A stretch of DNA of 64,000 nucleotides, from the NCBI GenBank assembly GCA_963701075.1, contig OY969559.1, forward strand, positions 672,001 through 736,000. Direction: 5' to 3'. Made by a program: the position numbers and the translations under genes. This stretch comes from an uncultured Nitrososphaerota archaeon (GTDB lineage Archaea; Thermoproteota; Nitrososphaeria; Nitrososphaerales; Nitrosopumilaceae). Of the stretch, positions 31,059 to 42,847 are shown one piece after another. Within the stretch, counting starts at the first letter, position 1, and each line of letters opens with the position of its first letter. The notes beneath the pieces are model-generated. The model was given only the letters and a program-made list of their open reading frames with translations, did not search any database and was not told the DNA's origin.

Positions 31059-32366
31059 TTAGTATTTTGGCATCAATCTTAGTCCAGTCTTTGCAGATAC
31101 TGCAATTATTGATGTGATCGCAATTGCAAGTACTAGAGCTGCTATTGGGCCAAACTCTGGAACTGAAACTGTGCCGACAACATCTATTGTCGTATCTCCC
31201 TTGTGGAAGGATATGCCTAGTGTTCTAGTGGTTGTGCTTTTCGTTTCAGTAAACTGTACGTTTTGTCCTCCGTCTTGAACAATGAATGATGAATCTGGCT
31301 CCTCTGCTGGGTTGACTGACGTGGTTGACGTCGAGTTTACCGCTGTTGATACAGGTGGCAATGCTTTGGCATCTATGAGTGCTCTTGGGAGGCTTATAGA
31401 CAACGAGCCATTTGATGATGTGTTAATGGTGATTGCAAGTGTAGTCTGCTGCCCGAGTATCTGCATGTTTTGTATAGTTCCACCCTCTATTGTATATGGT
31501 ATGTTGAAAGTTCCAGCGGGAGTTTGTAACGCATAAGTACCAGTTGTAGGTGCGGATATGACTTCTTGTCCGTTGCCGCCGTTATATGTGAAGCTAGTAG
31601 TAGTGTTTAGAGATGGGCCATATTGTGCAACTATTGTGTAATTGCCTGCTGTTGTCCATAATGGACCAGTAGCAAGAACTTTGGTAGAAAAACTACCATC
31701 TGAGGCGGGGACAAACTGTGCTATTGAAACCATGTTTTTTAATGAATTCATGATTCTTACAGTAACGGCAGTATCGTTTGATATGTTTTTGACTGCGCCA
31801 TTGATAACTATTGTGTCGCCTTGATTATAACTTGGAGAATTCGTCTGTACTGAGAGGGGTGGAAGACTTGATGCTGTCAGGCTACCGTTGTGTTCTTGCT
31901 GGAGATACTGGTATGCGTTCATGGTGCCAGCATTTGGATTTGCTACTGTGGCATTCAGCATATTAACATTAGCTCCTATAGTTCCTGTGGCTGTCACTGT
32001 AAATTGTTGAGTGTAATCAGTGCCATCGTTGGCATCCACCTCTACAGTACCGGTATAGTTTCCTGCTGACTGGTATGTGTATGTCCCGTTCATGACATTA
32101 GTTACTGCTGGATTCCCATCTCCAAAATTCCATGTAGAAGCTTTCATTGTACTATTGCCGGAAAACGATGCCTTGTAGGAAATTTGCAATGGCGAACCGC
32201 CGGTAGTCGGGGTTATAACGACATTTAGCGTATCTCCACCTTCCACACATCCCGTTACAGGACAATTGCCAGTATTAGCATGTGCGGGAGTCAAGATAAA
32301 GGAAGATAATCCAAAAATCGATATAATTACAACTAGTGTTGCACACAAGGCGCTTGATGTTCTCAT
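31059..32366 (-). CDS. PEFG-CTERM surface protein with PKD domain
   Basis: Signal peptide, WNFGDG PKD motif, C-terminal VPEFGPIAALVLAIAI. Confidence 0.9.
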   Translation of the reverse strand: MRTSSALCATLVVIISIFGLSSFILTPAHANTGNCPVTGCVEGGDTLNVVITPTTGGSPLQISYKASFSGNSTMKASTWNFGDGNPAVTNVMNGTYTYQSAGNYTGTVEVDANDGTDYTQQFTVTATGTIGANVNMLNATVANPNAGTMNAYQYLQQEHNGSLTASSLPPLSVQTNSPSYNQGDTIVINGAVKNISNDTAVTVRIMNSLKNMVSIAQFVPASDGSFSTKVLATGPLWTTAGNYTIVAQYGPSLNTTTSFTYNGGNGQEVISAPTTGTYALQTPAGTFNIPYTIEGGTIQNMQILGQQTTLAITINTSSNGSLSISLPRALIDAKALPPVSTAVNSTSTTSVNPAEEPDSSFIVQDGGQNVQFTETKSTTTRTLGISFHKGDTTIDVVGTVSVPEFGPIAALVLAIAITSIIAVSAKTGLRLMPKY

Positions 32367-32432
32367 TTGCTAGCCAATACTCAAGGATCATGAGTATTTA
32401 TGTATTGATAAAAGAAAATTTGACTTTTAGTT

Positions 32433-33290
32433 CTAGTATTTTGGCATCAATCTTAGTCCAGTCTTTGCAGATACTACAATTATTGATGTGATCGCAATTG
32501 CAAGTACTAGAGCTGCGATCGGACCAAACTCTGGAATTATCTGTGTGCCGATTATCTCTACGTCTTGATCTCCTTGCAAGAATGGTATTGTCAATGTTCT
32601 ATAGTCTCCATTTGCTGATTCGCTTTGTGGTTTGACCTCAGCACCATCTATCAAGATTATGAACGAGTCGTCTTGACCAGAACTAGTTTTTGCGTCCACT
32701 AGTGTTCGTGGTATTTGGAGTGTAATAGAACCCTCACTTGTTGAGTTGATAGAGACAATGAGTGATATGCTTTGTGTGTCGATTGTCATGCTGTTTACAC
32801 TTCCGCCAGTTATGGTATAGTTGACACTAAAGGTTTGCTGGCTGTTGGGATCTTTTACTTGGAAAATATTACTTATAGGGGCAACTGAGCTTTGAAAAGT
32901 AAATGTGGTCTGAGTAGTTACATTTGGAAGGCCATATTGAACTTTAACTGTATAGACCCCATTTGATTTCCATAATGGGCCTGACGCCAGGAATGATTTT
33001 GTAAATTTCCCATCTGAAGAAACATCAATCTGGGCTATTTGGATCAAATTGGTATTAGAATCTAATATCTGCACAGTGAGTGGTGTTCCAGGTACCACTG
33101 CTTGAACTTGGCCTGAGATGACTACTGTGTCTCCTGCCAGATAGGAGCTCTTATCGGTGCTAACTGTGATTGCAGGTGCAGTAGGCGCGGTAGGTGTAAG
33201 AGTGGGAGTTGTCGGTGTTTGGGCAAATGCATTGAAAGACATCCCGGATAATATTACAAAAGAAATTGCTAATAATGCTATTGAGCGCAT
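32433..33290 (-). CDS. PEFG-CTERM surface protein
   Basis: Signal peptide, VSTDKSSY Ig-like domain, IPEFG tail. Confidence 0.9.
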   Translation of the reverse strand: MRSIALLAISFVILSGMSFNAFAQTPTTPTLTPTAPTAPAITVSTDKSSYLAGDTVVISGQVQAVVPGTPLTVQILDSNTNLIQIAQIDVSSDGKFTKSFLASGPLWKSNGVYTVKVQYGLPNVTTQTTFTFQSSVAPISNIFQVKDPNSQQTFSVNYTITGGSVNSMTIDTQSISLIVSINSTSEGSITLQIPRTLVDAKTSSGQDDSFIILIDGAEVKPQSESANGDYRTLTIPFLQGDQDVEIIGTQIIPEFGPIAALVLAIAITSIIVVSAKTGLRLMPKY

Positions 33291-33360
33291 ATTCGATTTG
33301 TCTTTATGTCGTATATTTCCTTTACTATAGTTTAATAAAAAAATGAAAAAGTAGAGTGTT

Positions 33361-34281
33361 CTAGTATTTTGGCATCAATCTTAGTCCAGTCTTTGCAGAT
33401 ACTGCAATTATTGATGTGATCGCAATTGCAAGTACTAGAGCTGCTATTGGGCCAAACTCTGGAACTACCTGTGTACCAATGATCTGTACCTGCTCTGCCC
33501 CTATGCTGAATGGTATTGTCAATGTTCTAGTATCAGCACTTGGCGTATCTGTGAAACTATCCTTTTCTTCTCCATCTACTAGGACAAAGAAGCTGCCATC
33601 ATTGACACCAGATTTTGCATCTAATACTGATCTTGGTATCTGGAGAGTTATCTGACCATCACTGGTTGCTTGTAAATTTACAGTGAGAGTTTTAGATGAC
33701 ATACTAAGAGTTGCTCCTGTAGCTGTCCCTCCACTGATGCTGTAATTGATACAGTACATCTCGTTATTTACTGTAGCTGAGAGTTGATCTGGTTGGCAAC
33801 TTGATGCTCCACCTCCACCGATACTAAATTGTGTCTGTGCTGTACGCATACCTTGCTGTTCTCCATACTGACCATAAATGGTGTACGTTCCACCACTTGT
33901 CCACAGCGGACTTGATGTATTTATTGTGGTGTTAAAATTTCCGCTGTTGTCGACAGTTAGCTGATTAACTTCTACGACATTACCTAATGAATCTGAAACT
34001 CGTAATGTGACTGGCACTCCAGGTATTATGTTCTGGACATGTCCTGTGACAAGTATTGTCGATTGTCGATCATATGTTGTCTTGTCTGTTGTCAGACTGA
34101 ATGGTAATGTGACAGGTATTATGATTGGCTGAACAGTTGTTGTATTGCTACCTGACATGCCTTGCATACTGTTTCCAGGTGAAGACATTCCTGACATGCT
34201 ATCTCCAAATGCAGGACCAACACCTACAATGGCTGCCGTTGCAAGAATAGCGATCAACGCGTATTCTTTATGAGTACTCAT
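33361..34281 (-). CDS. PEFG-CTERM surface protein with Met-rich N-terminus
   Basis: Signal peptide, TTDKTTY domain, VPEFG tail. Confidence 0.9.
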   Translation of the reverse strand: MSTHKEYALIAILATAAIVGVGPAFGDSMSGMSSPGNSMQGMSGSNTTTVQPIIIPVTLPFSLTTDKTTYDRQSTILVTGHVQNIIPGVPVTLRVSDSLGNVVEVNQLTVDNSGNFNTTINTSSPLWTSGGTYTIYGQYGEQQGMRTAQTQFSIGGGGASSCQPDQLSATVNNEMYCINYSISGGTATGATLSMSSKTLTVNLQATSDGQITLQIPRSVLDAKSGVNDGSFFVLVDGEEKDSFTDTPSADTRTLTIPFSIGAEQVQIIGTQVVPEFGPIAALVLAIAITSIIAVSAKTGLRLMPKY

Positions 34282-34992
34282 CGTCTGCGATTAAGTAGAA
34301 TGGGTATTTATGTATATTCAAAAAATGAAAAAATGGATGTTAGTATTTTGGCATCAATCTTAGTCCAGTCTTTGCAGATACTGCAATTATTGATGTGATC
34401 GCAATTGCAAGTACTAGAGCTGCTATTGGGCCAAACTCTGGAATACTTGGTATTGATGTTGGTGTTGTTGGCATTTGTCCAGTAAGTTGGAACTGAACCT
34501 GATTAGTTCTTGCTTGCTCATTGCCTTGCTGTGCATACAAGGTGTACTGCCCATTTTCTGCCATGAGTGAACTATCTGTATTTATCGTGGTGTTAAAGTC
34601 TCCTTTGCTGTCTAGTGCTAACTGAGATACAAACACGATGTTTCCTTCTGGACTAGTTAACTTCATAGCCACATCCTGACCTGGATATGGGTTTATCACA
34701 TGACCGCTCACCATTATGACTGAGGCATGATCATATGTTGTCTTGTCTGTTGTCAGCGTAAGTGGTATTATGTTCGCTGGCTGTTGAACTGCTGAAAGAC
34801 TAGAGGCATTACCTGTCATCATTGCGTTACTGTATTGGGCGGCTGGTTCACATGTTGGTGGACAGAATCCAAATGCAGGACCAACACCTACAATGGCTGC
34901 CGTTGCAAGAATAGCGATCAACGCGTATTCTTTATGAGTACTCATCGTCTGCGATTAAGTAGAATGGGTATTTATGTATATTCAAAAAATGA
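34204..34992. repeat. ~125-bp identical duplication of promoter plus signal peptide (34204-34328 and 34868-34992)
   Basis: Direct sequence comparison, offset 664 bp. Confidence 0.95.
34340..34945 (-). CDS. Short PEFG-CTERM surface protein
   Basis: Same signal peptide as its neighbour, a single TTDKTTY domain, IPEFG tail. Confidence 0.9.
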   Translation of the reverse strand: MSTHKEYALIAILATAAIVGVGPAFGFCPPTCEPAAQYSNAMMTGNASSLSAVQQPANIIPLTLTTDKTTYDHASVIMVSGHVINPYPGQDVAMKLTSPEGNIVFVSQLALDSKGDFNTTINTDSSLMAENGQYTLYAQQGNEQARTNQVQFQLTGQMPTTPTSIPSIPEFGPIAALVLAIAITSIIAVSAKTGLRLMPKY

Positions 34993-35453
34993 GAAAGTGG
35001 TATTTTTCTTATTATCATTTAGCACAAAAACTGACATCTTGATCGTTTATCTTGTAGTCAATTTATGCTCTAGGAGTAATTGTTTGCATGTCACATCAAA
35101 TAGCCTGCATTGTATAACAAAGGGATTGGGACTATACATCAGCCTTGATGTACCAACATCTTTCATTTCCTATTGTATTTATTGTGAATGATGATCCTGG
35201 GATCGGGCAAACTAGATCTATTTGAATACAAAGCTTTGTCAATCCATAATCAAATTACAAATAAATCCAAGTCTTCAAAACAAGTGTTAGTCGAGTCAGC
35301 GATAGCTTTTTACTATTTAAAGTTGAAAAAACTAGATAAAATATAGCGCTTTTGAAATGCCATGGATTAGATATATATTAACCTCTCGGTGGAAGCAACG
35401 TAGTTTGTGGATTAATTATCTATTACAGCTAATGTTCAAAGGGGATTTTTAAC

Positions 35454-35705
35454 GTGATAAGTAAGAAAGAGAAAATACTGATTCCAGATCATATCTATGT
35501 TCCAAAACATGCGATAATGACTAAAGAAGAAGCTGAAAAGGTGTTAGAAAAATATCACACAAAGCCTACTGAGATGCCATTGATATATGTCAGTGATCCT
35601 GCGATCAGAGGCCTGGGAGTAAAACCAGGTGATATGATAAAGATAGCAAGAAAAAGTCCTACAGCTGGTGAAAGCATCTACTACAGATACGTGGTGGAAG
35701 AATAA
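35454..35705 (+). CDS. rpoH: RNA polymerase subunit H (Rpo5)
   Basis: HIYVPKH, SDPAI and KIARKSPTAGESIYYRYV motifs. Confidence 0.96.
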   Translation: MISKKEKILIPDHIYVPKHAIMTKEEAEKVLEKYHTKPTEMPLIYVSDPAIRGLGVKPGDMIKIARKSPTAGESIYYRYVVEE

Positions 35706-38700
35706 TGACACACATTTCACATAAACGATGGCCAATAGTTCAGGACATTCTAAAAAGAGAAGGAATAGCAAGGCAACACCTGAATTCTTATGATGAGTTT
35801 CTTGAAAGAGGACTTCAAAGTATTATTGATGAAGTTGGGCAGATAGAGATAGAGAGTGCAGAGTATCCATATAAAATTCAACTTGGAAAAGTAAAACTTC
35901 AACAACCTCGCATGATGGAATTAGATGGTTCAATCACACACATTGCTCCGATGGAAGCTCGATTAAGAAATGTAACTTATGCATCTCCTATAATGCTTGA
36001 AGCAAGTGTAGTAGAAGATGGAAAAATTCTAGAATCAAGATATGTTCACATAGGTGACATGCCAGTAATGGTTAGATCTAATGCTTGTATTTTGCATAAC
36101 CTCTCTGAACAAAAACTCATAGAATATGGTGAGGATCCAAATGATCCAGGCGGTTATTTTATCATCAATGGCTCTGAGCGTGTCATTGTTGGATTAGAAG
36201 ATCTTTCTTACAATAAAATTATAGTTGATAAGGAAACTGTCGGAGGCAATACAGTTTTCAAAGCCAAAGTATATTCATCCATTGTAGGTTATCGCGCAAA
36301 ACTTGAACTTGTGATGAAAAATGATGGCCTGATAGTAGCAAAGATTCCAGGTTCTCCTGTGGATATTCCTGTAGTTACTCTAATGCGTGCATTAGGACTT
36401 GAATCTGATCGAGAAATTGCAGCAGCAGTTTCTCTAGTTGACGAGATTCAAGATGAATTAGAAGCTTCATTTGAAAAATCAGGTGATGTACCAACAGCAA
36501 AAGACGCTATAGTGTATATCAGCAAAAGGATTGCGCCAGGTATGCTAGAAGAATTCCAGATAAAAAGAGCAGAGACTTTGCTTGACTGGGGTCTCCTACC
36601 GCACTTGGGAAAACACCCTGATAATAGAAAGGAAAAATCTCTATTTCTAGGTGAAGCAACCTGCAAATTAATTGAACTGAAGTTAGGATGGATCACTCCT
36701 GATGACAAAGATCATTATGGAAATAAAGTCATAAAATTTGCAGGTCAAATGCTTGCTGACCTTTTCCGAACAGCCTTCCGAAATCTGGTGAGAGACATGA
36801 AATATCAGCTTGAGAGATCAGGACAAAAAAGAGGAATAAACGCAGTTGCGGCAGCAGTTAGGCCCGGTATAGTTACGGATAAACTAAACAATGCAATAGC
36901 AACAGGAAACTGGGGAAGAGGCCGTGTTGGTGTTACACAACTTTTGGACAGAACCAACTATCTGTCTACAATAAGTCATCTTAGAAGAATACAATCGCCA
37001 CTTAGTAGAAGTCAACCTAACTTCGAGGCAAGAGACTTGCATGCTACTCATTTTGGAAGAATATGTCCAAGCGAGACTCCTGAGGGATCTAATTGTGGGT
37101 TGGTAAAGAATTTGGCACTGTCTGCTATAATATCAGTAAATGTAGCATCTGAAGATATAGTTGAAAAGCTTTACGATCTAGGCGCTACTTATGTTTCTGA
37201 CGCAAAAGATGATCTGAAAAAAGAGGGAACTAGAGTTTTCGTAGATGGGAGATTAATAGGATATTACAAAGATGGACAGAAACTTGTTGATTCGTTGAGA
37301 GAACTTCGAAGGAACTATAAGATTCATCCACACGTTGGCATTTTCTTGTATCAGTCTAGTGTGGAAGGTTCAACTAAGAGACTTTATGTCAACTGTAATG
37401 CGGGTAGAGTTCTACGACCCTTGATTGTAATTAAGGACAATAAATTGCTGTTAACACAAGAGCTGAATAGACAAAGTTAGCAAAAAATTTTCGTCATGGA
37501 CAGATCTCTTGCATATGGGTGTAATTGAGCTAGTTGACGCAAATGAAGAAGAAAACTGTTACATCGCAATAGATGAAACAGACATGAAAAAACATACCCA
37601 CATGGAAATATTCCCATCTGCAATTCTCGGAGCCGGTGCATCCATCATACCATACCCCGAGCACAATCAATCTCCAAGAAATACATATGAATCAGCCATG
37701 GCAAAGCAAAGTCTTGGTTTCTCAACCCCGCTGATGAATGCAAGCACATACGTTAGGCAACATCTTATGCTGTATCCACAAACTCCAATTGTTACAACAA
37801 AGGCAATGGGTCTGTTAGGACTAGAAGATAGACCGGCAGGACAAAACTGTGTTGTTGCAGTATTACCTTTTGACGGTTACAATATTGAAGATGCGATAGT
37901 ATTGAGTAAATCATCTGTCGATAGAGGATTGGGTAGGACCTTCTTCTATAGGATCTACGAGGCAGAAGCCAAACAATATCCTGGAGGAATGAGAGATAAT
38001 TTTGAAATTCCAACTGCAGATGGAAACATTCGCGGATTTCGTGGCGACAAAGCATATAGATTATTAGAAGAAGACGGAGTTATCGCAACCGAGTCCACCG
38101 TTCAGGGTGGAGACATACTCATTGGAAAAACAAGTCCTCCTAGATTTATGGAAGAATATAGAGAGTTTGAAGTAAAGGGACCATATAGAAGAGATACATC
38201 AATAGGTGTAAGACCATCCGAAAACGGTGTTGTCGATACCGTTGTTATGACACAATCTCATGATGGTGGCAGAATGTACAAAATTAGAGTAAGAGATGTG
38301 AGAATTCCTGAGATTGGAGACAAATTTGCATCACGACATGGACAAAAAGGAGTTGTGGGGTTACTTGTAAACCATGAGGACTTGCCTTATACTGCTGATG
38401 GCGTTGTACCTGATGTTATGATAAATCCTCATGCTTTCCCGTCTAGAATGACAGTAGGGATGTTTCTTGAATCCGTAACAGGAAAAGCTGCCGCCTTGCG
38501 TGGTTCAAAGATGGATGGTTCTGCATTTGTTGGTGAAAAATTAGAGGACATTAAGGGGGTTTTGGAGACTGCAGGATTCAAGTATTCAGGTAAGGAAATG
38601 ATGTATGACGGGAGGACAGGTAAGGCCTTTTCAGTTGATGTTTTCGTCGGTGTTGTATACTATCAAAAATTACACCACATGGTTGCAGATAAGATACATG

Positions 38701-39053
38701 CAAGGGCAAGAGGCCAAGTACAAATGTTGACAAAGCAGCCAACCGAGGGTCGTGCAAGAGGCGGTGGTCTACGATTTGGTGAAATGGAAAGAGACTGTCT
38801 TATTGCATATGGCGCATCTATGATGTTAAAGGATAGACTTCTTGAAGAATCTGACAAGGCTGAAATCTATATCTGTGAAAGATGTGGACTTGTGTCATAT
38901 TATGATATAAAACAAAGACGATTTGTCTGTAGGGTGTGTGGAGATAAAGCAAAGGTAACCTCAATCTCAGTTGCTTATGCCTTTAAACTTCTATTGCAGG
39001 AAATGATGAGCCTTGACGTAGCGCCAAGACTTTTGATAAAGGAGAGAGTCTAA
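35705..39053 (+). CDS. rpoB: RNA polymerase subunit B (Rpo2), single gene with apparent +1 frameshift near 37466
   Basis: ETPEG, GDKFASRHGQKG and RFGEMERD motifs. Removing one base joins the two ORFs via LIDKVSKKF.SWTDLLHMG. Confidence 0.95.
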
Positions 39054-42000
39054 TGGCAGTTGAAACAATCAAAGTAATTGATGGAATCAAGTTTTCTGTA
39101 TGGTCTCCAACCGAAATAAGGAAATATTCTGTTGCAGAGATTACAGCCCCTGAAACTTATGATGAAGATGGAATGTCTGTCCAAGGTGGATTGATGGATG
39201 GTAGACTTGGTACTCTTGAACCAGGTCAAAAATGTCTTACATGCGGAAACACTGCAGCTAGATGTCCTGGGCATTTTGGTCACATTGAGCTTGCAGAGCC
39301 TGTATTGCATATTGCGTTTATTGATAATATCTACAAGCTTTTGTTGACCACCTGTAGGTCATGTGCTAGATTAAAGATACCACAAGAAGAACTTGAAGAA
39401 TATCACAAAATAATCCAAAAAGAGGCTGCGTACAACGTTATCTCAATTAAACACATTCCTGATGAAATAATTGAAAGGGCAAAGAAAGAGAAAACATGTC
39501 CTCATTGTGGAAAATCGCAATACGAGATGATATTTACAAAACCCACAATTTTCATTGAACGAACAGAGCTAGGAGAAAACAGATTACTCCCAATTACCAT
39601 TCGTGAAAGATTTTCTCATATGATAGATGATGACCTGAAATTACTTGGTTATGATCCGACTACTGCTAGACCTGAATGGTTTGTGCTCCAAGTCTTACCT
39701 GTACCGCCTGTCACAGTACGACCCTCAATAATTTTAGAAACTGGAATTAGATCTGAAGATGACTTGACCCACAAACTTGTTGATATCATCAGAGTAAATC
39801 AACGGCTAAAGGAAAGCAAGGAAGCTGGTACCCCCCCACTCATTGTGCAAGATCTAGTCGATTTGTTACAATATCACGTTACAACATATTTTGACAATGA
39901 AGTATCTGGCATCCCACAAGCTCATCATAGATCTGGCAGACCACTCAAGACTTTGACACAAAGACTGAAAGGAAAGGAGGGTAGATTCAGAGGCTCTCTT
40001 TCTGGAAAAAGAGTAGACTTTTCCAGCAGAACTGTAATCTCACCAGATCCAAACTTGGCGATCTCTGAAGTTGGAGTTCCAGAATCTGTTGCAACAAAGC
40101 TCACAATTCCCGAAGTTGTAACGGAATGGAATATTGAGAGACTAAAGAAACTTGTCATCAATGGTCCTACCAAATATCCTGGAGCTAATTACATTGTAAG
40201 ACCAGACGGTGTAAAGATAAGATTAGACTTTGTTGAGGACAGGGAGACAATTGCTAACAATATAGAGATAGGATATCTTGTTGAAAGACATCTATCTGAT
40301 GGAGACATTGTGATGTTCAACAGACAACCATCATTGCATCAAATGTCTATAATGGGTCACTACGTTAGGGTCTTACCAAACAAGACTTTCAGATTACATC
40401 CTTCAGTATGTCCTCCGTACAACGCAGATTTTGATGGTGATGAAATGAATCTTCATGTACCTCAAAGCGAGGAGGCAAGAGCTGAAGCCATTCTCCTAAT
40501 GCGCGTACAGGATCAAATAATATCACCTAGATACGGAGGACCAATAATTGGTGCACTACGTGACTTTATTACAGGAGCATACTTGCTGACAAAAGACGAT
40601 ACCACCCTTACTCCACAAGAATTTGCAAATTTGGCAATGTTAGGTGGATACACAGATACATTCCCAGAACCTCAGATCAAAGGAAAGGGCGGTCCACTGT
40701 ATACCGGTAAACAGCTATTCTCACTATTCTTACCAAAAGATTTCAATTATGTCATTACATCAAAATGGTCTAAAGGAACCAAGGGACCAGCAAAGGATGT
40801 CGTAATTAAAAACGGTCAACTTGTAAGCGGTGTAATAGACAAAGCGTCAATAGGAGCAGAAGAACCTGATAGTGTTCTACATAGAGTAGCTAAAGATTAT
40901 GGTTTCGAGGAAGCAAAGAATTTTCTCAATTCTATTCTAATTGTATTAAAGCAGTTTATCACAGGATATGGATTTAGCTATGGATATGCTGACTTGGAAC
41001 TCTCAGTGAAGACCAAGGATTCCATATTGGGAGATATTCAAGAATCCTATGACAAGGTCTATGATTTCATATCGCAGGCAAAGAAGGGAACCTTGCAGCT
41101 TAGCAGAGGACTCTCCGCTGAAGAAGCTCTTGAAGCTTACATTGTAAACGAACTATCAAAAGCAAGAGATAGAGCAGGCAGTATGGCTGACAAATCATTT
41201 GATGAAACAAACGCAGGTAGAATTATGGCAACAACTGGAGCAAGAGGTTCTTCTCTGAATATTGGTCAGATGGCAGGTGCATTAGGTCAACAGTCAATTC
41301 GAGGTAGAAGAATTCACAAAGGTTACAGTAACAGAGCATTACCACATTTCAAGGAGAATGATACAAATCCTGATTCAAGAGGATTTGTAAAATCAAACTA
41401 TAGGGATGGTCTATCAACACTAGAGTTTTTCTTTCACGCAATGGGTGGAAGAGAGGGTCTTGTAGACACTGCAGTAAGAACTCAGCAAAGTGGATACATG
41501 CAAAGGAGATTGATAAATGCATTAGAGCATCTCAAACTAGAGTATGATCAGACAGTAAGAGACCCACATGGTCATATCATACAATTCCTGTATGGTGAAG
41601 ACGGAATTGATGTTTCAAAAAGTGATCACGGTGAGGCATTTAGAATTTCTAGATTAATTGAATCTGAAAGTATCATTGACTCTGGAAAGAAAGCAACCAA
41701 AGAAGACGTTGAAGACCTTGTAAAAAAATACACCAAAACATTCAATCCACGTTTGTCTCAAACTGTTCACGATGCTCTGGCAGAATCAAAACTCAGCAGA
41801 GATGGAATCGAGAAGGTGCTGAAGAAAGCATTGGAACTTTACGATACCGCCAAGGTTGAACCAGGACAAGCAGTAGGTGTTGTCACAGCACAATCAATAG
41901 GTGAGCCTGGTACCCAGATGACCCTTAGAACTTTCCACTTTGCAGGTATTAGAGAGAGAAACGTCACACTGGGACTTCCAAGACTTATTGAACTTGTAGA

Positions 42001-42847
42001 TGCACGAAAGAAGCCAGTCACTCCAACCATGGACATATACTTGGAGGAACATCACAAAAAATCAAAAGAAAAGGCGATCAAGGTAGCACGAGAAATCTTG
42101 CATACTAAGATAAGCGCATTAATCACAAGTACGGAGACTGACTATTCTACAAAAATAAAACTGAATCTAAATCAAGACAGACTAAAAGAAAGAGCTTGCA
42201 CCGTTGAAGATGTTGTAATGGCATTACAGTCATCAAAGAAGAAATTTGAAATTGAGCCTAGTGGACATTCCATTACACTTACTCTTCCTGAAGAATCTGA
42301 TGCTCAGACAATACTTGGTATGAGAAATAAAGTTCTTTCAGCTACAGTCAAGGGAGTAACCGATGTGGAACGTGTAACAATTGTACAACAAGGAGATGAA
42401 TGGGTTATCCAAACATCAGGATCAAACATTGCTAAGGTGATGGAGGTTGATGGTATTGACAAAAAGAACATTAGAACAAACAATGTCTTTGAAATAGCAA
42501 ACACACTTGGTATAGAAGCTGCTCGTAATTCATTGATAAACGAACTAAACTCAACTCTTGAAGATCAGGGTCTTGAAGTTGATGTTAGATATATCATGTT
42601 GGTGGCAGACTTGATGTGCTCTAGAGGATACCTACAACAAATTGGAAGACATGGAATTGCAGGTACAAAGACTAGCGTGTTGGCAAGAGCCGCATTTGAG
42701 ATTACTGTTCCTACCATTGCAGAAGCTGCATTGGCAGGAGAGGTAGAAGAACTCAAAGGAGTCACAGAAAATGTCATAGTTGGAGCAAACATTCCGATTG
42801 GTACTGGCACTGTAGATCTTTACATGAAGGTAGTAGAAGATGGTTAA
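39053..42847 (+). CDS. rpoA: RNA polymerase subunit A, fused A'/A'' (Rpo1)
   Basis: NADFDGDEMN and AQSIGEPGTQMTLRTFH occur in one 1264-aa ORF. Confidence 0.97.
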   Translation: MAVETIKVIDGIKFSVWSPTEIRKYSVAEITAPETYDEDGMSVQGGLMDGRLGTLEPGQKCLTCGNTAARCPGHFGHIELAEPVLHIAFIDNIYKLLLTTCRSCARLKIPQEELEEYHKIIQKEAAYNVISIKHIPDEIIERAKKEKTCPHCGKSQYEMIFTKPTIFIERTELGENRLLPITIRERFSHMIDDDLKLLGYDPTTARPEWFVLQVLPVPPVTVRPSIILETGIRSEDDLTHKLVDIIRVNQRLKESKEAGTPPLIVQDLVDLLQYHVTTYFDNEVSGIPQAHHRSGRPLKTLTQRLKGKEGRFRGSLSGKRVDFSSRTVISPDPNLAISEVGVPESVATKLTIPEVVTEWNIERLKKLVINGPTKYPGANYIVRPDGVKIRLDFVEDRETIANNIEIGYLVERHLSDGDIVMFNRQPSLHQMSIMGHYVRVLPNKTFRLHPSVCPPYNADFDGDEMNLHVPQSEEARAEAILLMRVQDQIISPRYGGPIIGALRDFITGAYLLTKDDTTLTPQEFANLAMLGGYTDTFPEPQIKGKGGPLYTGKQLFSLFLPKDFNYVITSKWSKGTKGPAKDVVIKNGQLVSGVIDKASIGAEEPDSVLHRVAKDYGFEEAKNFLNSILIVLKQFITGYGFSYGYADLELSVKTKDSILGDIQESYDKVYDFISQAKKGTLQLSRGLSAEEALEAYIVNELSKARDRAGSMADKSFDETNAGRIMATTGARGSSLNIGQMAGALGQQSIRGRRIHKGYSNRALPHFKENDTNPDSRGFVKSNYRDGLSTLEFFFHAMGGREGLVDTAVRTQQSGYMQRRLINALEHLKLEYDQTVRDPHGHIIQFLYGEDGIDVSKSDHGEAFRISRLIESESIIDSGKKATKEDVEDLVKKYTKTFNPRLSQTVHDALAESKLSRDGIEKVLKKALELYDTAKVEPGQAVGVVTAQSIGEPGTQMTLRTFHFAGIRERNVTLGLPRLIELVDARKKPVTPTMDIYLEEHHKKSKEKAIKVAREILHTKISALITSTETDYSTKIKLNLNQDRLKERACTVEDVVMALQSSKKKFEIEPSGHSITLTLPEESDAQTILGMRNKVLSATVKGVTDVERVTIVQQGDEWVIQTSGSNIAKVMEVDGIDKKNIRTNNVFEIANTLGIEAARNSLINELNSTLEDQGLEVDVRYIMLVADLMCSRGYLQQIGRHGIAGTKTSVLARAAFEITVPTIAEAALAGEVEELKGVTENVIVGANIPIGTGTVDLYMKVVEDG

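Larger units (their letters stand above)
31059..34442. repeat. Four ~103-bp near-identical repeats encoding the PEFG-CTERM tails (starting 31059, 32433, 33361, 34340)
   Basis: TAGTATTTTGGCATCAATCTTAGTCCAG...CCAAACTCTGGAA is read directly at all four gene ends. Confidence 0.95.

Noticed and set aside
34995-35450. ORF 34835-35191 or a C/D-box sRNA near ATGATGA (~35188)
   Set aside because: The ORF overlaps a real gene on the opposite strand and lacks motifs. No suitably placed D box (CTGA) was found.
37440-37520. rpoB appearing as split B''/B' genes
   Set aside because: One extra base beside AGCT explains the break. The intervening codons read as continuous RpoB, and thaumarchaeal rpoB is normally a single gene.
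39053-42847. Fused RpoA'/A'' as a novelty
   Set aside because: This is an established trait of Thaumarchaeota; used only as a taxonomic marker.
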